Assembly: GCF_021028975.2 (NCBI RefSeq)
Contig: NC_059437.1
Span: 37,448,001 to 37,512,000, forward strand
Direction of reading: 5' to 3'
Source: Sphaerodactylus townsendi
Taxonomy: Eukaryota
DNA: 64,000 bases
Numbering within the stretch: the first letter of the stretch is position 1; each line of letters starts with the position of its first letter. A program made the position numbers and the translations under genes. The notes under the pieces were generated by a model. That model did no database searches. It had not been told where the DNA came from and saw nothing but the letters and a program-made list of their open reading frames with translations. Positions 58,606 through 64,000 of this stretch are shown piece after piece.

Positions 58606-58995
58606 ATTTATTTATTTGTTTATTTATTCAATTTCTATACTGCCCGATCCCTGAAGGGCTCCGGGCGGTGAAGAACAAGAATCAAACAAAATTAAACAGG
58701 AGCAAATCATATACAGTACACAAACACATAGGCTCCATCTCACTAATAATCAATAAAACTTCTTAAAACTCTTATAAAACAGCGGTTAATAATTAATTAA
58801 TTAATAAGCAAGAGGCGTCCAGAAAACTCCAATTAAAACCTACCCCAAGAAGGGGGGACGGCGGGCCCCTCAATATGAGGGGGACCCTGATGTAGCAGCG
58901 CAAGGGCAAAGAGCAGTGAGGGGGCACCACATCAGCGGCTGGACACTCCAAAGGCCCGGTGGAACAACACAGTATTACAGGCCCTGCGGAATTGC
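58606..58995 (-). mobile_element. L2 3' end fragment
   Basis: (ttta)n tail and ctgcccgatccctgaagggctccgggcggtg terminus, as at 57290. Confidence 0.7.
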
Positions 58996-59191
58996 AAGAG
59001 GTTGGACTTGATGTCCCTTGTGGTCTCTTCCAACTCTATGATTCTATGAACTGTCTGTAAGTCAAAGTATTTTGAGGAAAAACCCAAGCTTGAAGCAGCA
59101 AATAAGTAGTTTGTAAGACACTGGCAGGGGATCTTTCCTTCATTGGATTTTGGGTGCAAAAATCCTTCTTCCACCATACTTTCAGAACCAC

Positions 59192-59394
59192 TAGAGTTGC
59201 CAGCTTTGAGTTGAGAAATACCTGAAGATTTTGGAATGGAGCCTGGGGAGGGGGAGGGACCTCAGTAGGGTAGACTGCCATAGTGTCCACCTGCCAAAGC
59301 AGCCATTTTCTCCAGGGGAACTAATGTTGGCTTTCTGGAGATCAATTGTAATAGTGGGAGATCTCCAAGTGCCACCTGCAGAGTGGCAACCTTA
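59192..59394. mobile_element. TAGGGTTGCCA-ended MITE, complete
   Basis: TIRs tagagttgcca / tggcaacctta. Degenerate 8-bp TSD agaaccac/aggactac. Confidence 0.8.
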
Positions 59395-60199
59395 AGGACT
59401 ACTGGGCTAGATAAAGAGGAGGTGTGATAAAGAAAGGTAGGAGGTTTTGGAGGCAGAGCGTGATGAGGCTCAAGTTGTTGCTGTCAGGCAGGCTACGACT
59501 GGAGAGATCTTTCCATCCACTGTGTGTTTGGTGGAGATCACAGCCAAGGTTATCTTGAGGAAAGACAGTAGCACGGGAGATGCCACAACGTTCCAGGTGG
59601 TCTCACTTCTGCTAGATGACTTGACACATTTTCTATCCCAAACTGCTCCCCCTTTTCTTCCTGTTTGTATTCCCTTCCAAAATCTTTCTATAGGGAAAGG
59701 TCAGCGTGAGACACTAAGCTGTACTGTTGTGTGTTGAAATGGAATAAGGGAGTCTTGTTACCCAGGGCAGAATCTATTTACAACCTCCATTCATTATTCA
59801 TTGAGATGAGAATTTCAGCTGCATAATACAGCCTGTCAGCTTGATGCATTCCCCAGTCCCTGCCCTTCAACTGATAGGGAGAAGGCAACTGCTGGAAATT
59901 ATTCTAAAACTGGTTCCTACTTTGTATCAAAGTACAAATAAATCTACCCAATATAGTGAAATTCTGCATTTTGTTCAGTGATGTTATGCAGTTGTATTTT
60001 TTGAGCTTTTGCTGAATTTGTAATGACTTCAGTAGAGTGGAGGGGTATAAGTTGCAGTAGGATCTTTAAGAGTCTTTAGATATCTTTATAATCAAGGGAG
60101 CTAGATTGTAGACTCTTGTTTATACACACAAATCCTAAGTTATGTGGGAGAGGCAATAAAGCTAATTGGCCAATCGAAAAAAAACAAGACACTGGAACT

Positions 60200-60965
60200 G
60201 AATGGCATACACCCAAATATGAATTTGTTGATATTTAATAAAAAATATGCAACTTGCCACGAAGCCTCCCTACCAGAAGATCAGAAGACGGCTAATATAC
60301 TACCATTAAAAAAATCCACGTAGATTTCAGGAAATTAGAAAATTTAGCTTAAAATCTATCCCAGATAGATTAATGGAAAGCATTATTAAATATATAGGGT
60401 TGTCATAAATACTGGCCAACTTAATTAGCATCTTAAAGACATCTTAATTATCAATAACAACAAAATATCTTTAAAGGAAAGAGAGGAGATTAAATTAGAA
60501 CATAAAATCTGCCACTGGTACACATATTTACAATTGTAACAATACTTCAAAAAAGATGAAAAATTATGGGGATTCTCATTGAAACAAACAAAATTTGTCA
60601 AAATCATAGATAAAGGTAATAAAAACTCATAAGTAAAATATACCAACTACTATTACAATACGAGACAGAAGAAGTAATAAAAGTGAGTATGTTACAGTGG
60701 AGTAGTGATATCAAAAGGAATATAAATTTCGGGGAATGGGAACAAATATGGAAGAATGCGCATCTAAATATGTGATGTAGTGAAATAAAAGAAAATATTT
60801 ACAAGATGGTCCATAGGTTGTATTACACCATCCAAAATCTCCAAAATGGACAAAAACCACTTCATTGGAAGTGCAAGAAGAAAACAGGTTCTTTTTTTTT
60901 CATTTCTTGTAATAAAATAAAATAAAAAATTGGTCAAAAATTCATACCCAAATTCAATATTTCTT
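60200..60965 (+). mobile_element. L1-clade LINE ORF2 fragment
   Basis: A-rich. LLQYETEEVIKVSMLQWSSDIKRNINFGEWEQIWK..EIKENIYKMVHRLYY..SKMDK..WKCKKKTGSFFH. Confidence 0.75.
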
Positions 60966-61419
60966 ATAAGTAAGGTTTAACAGAGGCCATTTCCGCACGG
61001 TCAAAAAACAGCGTCCTAGGGACAGAAAAAACACCATCCCTGGGGTGCTGTTCGCACAGGCCGCCCCCGAGTGGCACGAAGGCGCCGCTTTCAAACCTTG
61101 CTCATTGAGCTAGTGTTTTGAAAAGTGTGCCCACCCGGGCCAGTACACAATGGTGAACCAAGACCAAGGAAGACACTGGCTTTTCCTGTCCCCTCCTGTT
61201 ATAATTGTTTGCTTGCTGCTTGGTGGTGGGTGGTGGAGGGGTTGAGGGTGTAGGCCCAAAGGCCCAGGGCTTTATTGATTTGAAGTTTAATTTGTTCAAG
61301 TGTTGCTGTTAAGTTGTTGCTAGGAACATTTTCTTTGTTTCTGTCGTTTCAGCTTTTTGGTTGTTTGGGTGTGTGGGGGGAATTATCAGGAACCTGCGGT
61401 TAGGGAAGCTGTGCTCATC

Positions 61420-61527
61420 CATACTCTTATCAGTTCTCTGCCAGCATGGCCAATTGGCCATGCTGACAGAGGCTGATGGGAATTGTAGTTCCTGAACATC
61501 TGGAGCGCCGCAGGTTCCCTACCCCGT
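61420..61527. mobile_element. hAT-Charlie-like MITE right half
   Basis: Palindrome ccagcatggccaattggccatgctg followed by gatgggaattgtagttcc...caggttccctacccc. Confidence 0.6.
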
Positions 61528-63779
61528 CTTAGGCCAAGCCCATGCAGGCCTCCCTTTGGTTTAAGTTTACTTAAGGGGGGACTGTAGCTTGTTGTTTTTC
61601 CCTTGTTTTACTGTTAGCTTGAATTTGTAAAAATTCTGTATAACTGCCTCCCAGTTTTATTCCTCCCCCCCTTACACACACACACGCGTGCACACCCACA
61701 CACATCCGTGTGCTGCTGCTTCTATTCTTGCTTTGCTTTGGTTGGAAGGCTTCTGGTTTTTTTGGTTCTGGTTTCCCAAAGTTGAGTTCTCTCCTTTGGG
61801 TCACTCATTTTTCTCCCTGTGTTTGCTGGTGTTGTGTTGCTCCTCCTTTTAAGTTTGACCATTTAGTTTCCCACTCCAAATCCAAACTGTTTGGATGTTT
61901 TGCTTGTCCTTAGTAGTGGTTTGTTTCTGTTGTTAGCGGTTTCTGTTTGCTTTTGTTGTGAGTCTTGTGGGTTGGGCGGGCCTGTTGGTCTCCCCACTTT
62001 AGAGGGATTTGGGGGGGATTGTTTGTTTCACGCTCAGGTGGAGTAGTTTTGCTGTGGTTATCTTTTTGGGTTCTTAGTATTTGAGGTGAGCCACAGATTT
62101 CAAAATTTTAGATTTAACTAGAGTCTAATCATGAAAGGGCTTGATAGAGGTTAATTAGAATTGTTCATTTGAATTAGCTCTCTGGGGTTTCAATATCCTA
62201 CTCAATAGGATATCAGCAGGTTAAAATAAGAGTGAAGATTCTGGGTTTGCAAATAGTGAAATAGTGCTGTGGTGTTTCGGTGGGAGTCAGGGCTGGCAAA
62301 CCCTGTCTTGATCTGCTGTGGCCATGCTGCTGGACTGTGTCAGAGTTGTCATGGTGCTGTGGTGTGCTCAGTTCATGTCTTCTTCATTAGGTTTTGTTGT
62401 AGAGTGGCTTTGTTTTAAGAGGTAGAGGTGTTGATGTGGGTGTGGAAGGAAGGGAGAACCTGCCACTGTTCTCCTGGAGGAAATGCTACTCCCCCCCTCC
62501 ATTTGAAACAGTGGGAGGTGTGGGGTGGGCTGAGCCTTGCTGTTATGCCCAGCTGGCTCTGTGCTGGAGATTTGATTTGTGTGTGGGGAAGGGGGATCTG
62601 TGCCAGGGGCACCAAATTTCCCACAGGGCTGCTGGTGAGTCTGCTGAAAGGAACCTGCCAACTTCAGTGAAGTTTGTTTGCGAGAGGCAAATGCTATGGG
62701 CACCCAACTGAAGGAGAACCTGGTGCCCACAAAATGAGTCCCCAACCATCCAAACTTCAGCAAAGTTGGCTGGTTCCTTTTAGGAGATTAACCAGCAGCG
62801 CTGTGGGAAATTTGATGCCCCTACCGAGAACAAACTCTCCCACCAGAGCCCTCAATAATATCTCCAGCAGAGAGCCAGCTGGGCATAACCTCAAGCCCCA
62901 TTTATGTCTATGGTGGGACATTTTCCTACCATAGACAGTTGCTGAAGAGCCTGGCAGATTCTTTGATCTGACGTGGCTTCATTGTAGCCAATGGATCATT
63001 TCTGGATGTGTGTAAGCAGAGTGCACATTTTTCAAGGTAGAGGCACCAGACTTTCAGGGTGGCTTCAGGAACCTGGTAAGAACACCCAGAACCGGTTACT
63101 AAATAATTTGAATCCCACCACTGAGAAAGGGTAAACCAGATCAGAGCTGTTTATTTAGGAACGAACATTCTGGGTAGATAAAGCAGCTAACTACATGGCT
63201 AAAAGGAGGAGAGAGCGTTTTTTTTTCTGAGAAGCCTAAGAATAGGGTGTTCAAAAAAAGTCCCATAACATTAGTTTGCTTGATGACCCCTGGGCTCCAT
63301 ACAGAATGCTCAACATGCTCTTTCTGTAGCAGAAACTATAAATGCTCAATTTGGGTCACAGGAAGCTTTGGGAAATTGATCTGTGTTCTCCCAGGGGCTC
63401 TGCCTGCCTTCTGTGAGCATCTCTAACCCTGCTATTCCTGCCACTGCAGGGCCCCAGGTAGCATGTCTCCTTGGCCTGATGTAGAGGGCAACTGTGCTGC
63501 ACTGCAGTTGATTGTTTCTGTTCAGATACTTGCAGCCTTAGAAAGTAGCAACCATCTTTTCCACCCAGCCACTCGGATCCTGAGGGAAACTCCGATTCCT
63601 GGGGATGCCTGCTGACAGTTACCAGGTGCTGTAGCCTTTATCAACTGTTTCTTGCTCACAACTAGAGTAAATGTTGTTAGGCAGAGTGTGGATGGAATAG
63701 GAGACAGGGTGTGTCTGTGTCTGTGTGTGGCTTTAAATGACCCGGAGGGACGGAGTTGAGAATGACACTGGGTTTTCCG

Positions 63780-64000
63780 TAAGTAGGGTTTCCAGGTACC
63801 CCCTGGCCACCAGCAGGGGATAGGGCGGGGTGGGGTGGGGATATGGTTGCCAGATTGGGAAGCTCTTGGAGGTTTGGGGATGGACAGGGATCCCATTGGG
63901 ATACAATTCCACAGAGTCCACCCTCCAAAGAGTCAGTTTTCTCCAGGGAAACTAAACTCTGCAGTCTCAAGATAAGCTGTAATTGCAGGGGATCCGCAGG
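63780..64000. mobile_element. TAGGGTTGCCA-family MITE (runs off window)
   Basis: tagggtttccagg...agagtccaccctccaaag...ttttctccagggaaact. Confidence 0.7.

Noticed and set aside
41400-64000. GAL3ST1 coding exons
   Set aside because: No sulfotransferase motif (e.g. FLKTHKTASST) seen in the ORF track or by eye. The CDS probably lies beyond the window.

Overview
Vertebrate genomic DNA, most likely a squamate (probably a gecko, judging by the repeat landscape: Sauria and Squam3-like SINEs, CR1, L2, Rex1, Penelope, hAT MITEs). The window holds the conserved SLC35E4 - TCN2 - PES1 block. On the minus strand are the first coding exon of SLC35E4 (1021-1657; the rest lies left of the window) and a complete 9-exon TCN2 (10812-22390, ~437 aa). 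On the plus strand is a complete 15-exon PES1 (26713-41395, 581 aa), head-to-head with TCN2 across an E-box-rich promoter. The last ~22 kb has no recognisable host CDS. It is repeat-rich, contains a 128-N gap and, by synteny, may hold untranslated GAL3ST1 leader exons. Best leads: (1) an orphan, CpG-undepleted 710-bp insertion with a 7-bp target duplication splitting a CR1 fragment in TCN2 intron 6 (possible endogenous viral fragment); (2) a minimal hammerhead-ribozyme motif from a palindromic Penelope element on the sense strand of PES1 intron 6; (3) a TCN2 that lacks the axial cobalt-binding His, has an N-glycosylation sequon and probably uses a GC-AG intron; (4) five CACGTG boxes including a perfect CLEAR/USF site between TCN2 and PES1; (5) a uORF-rich SLC35E4 leader and a pre-miRNA-sized hairpin at its CpG island. 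Exons were located by hand from splice signals, reading frame and recalled human proteins; no searches were run.
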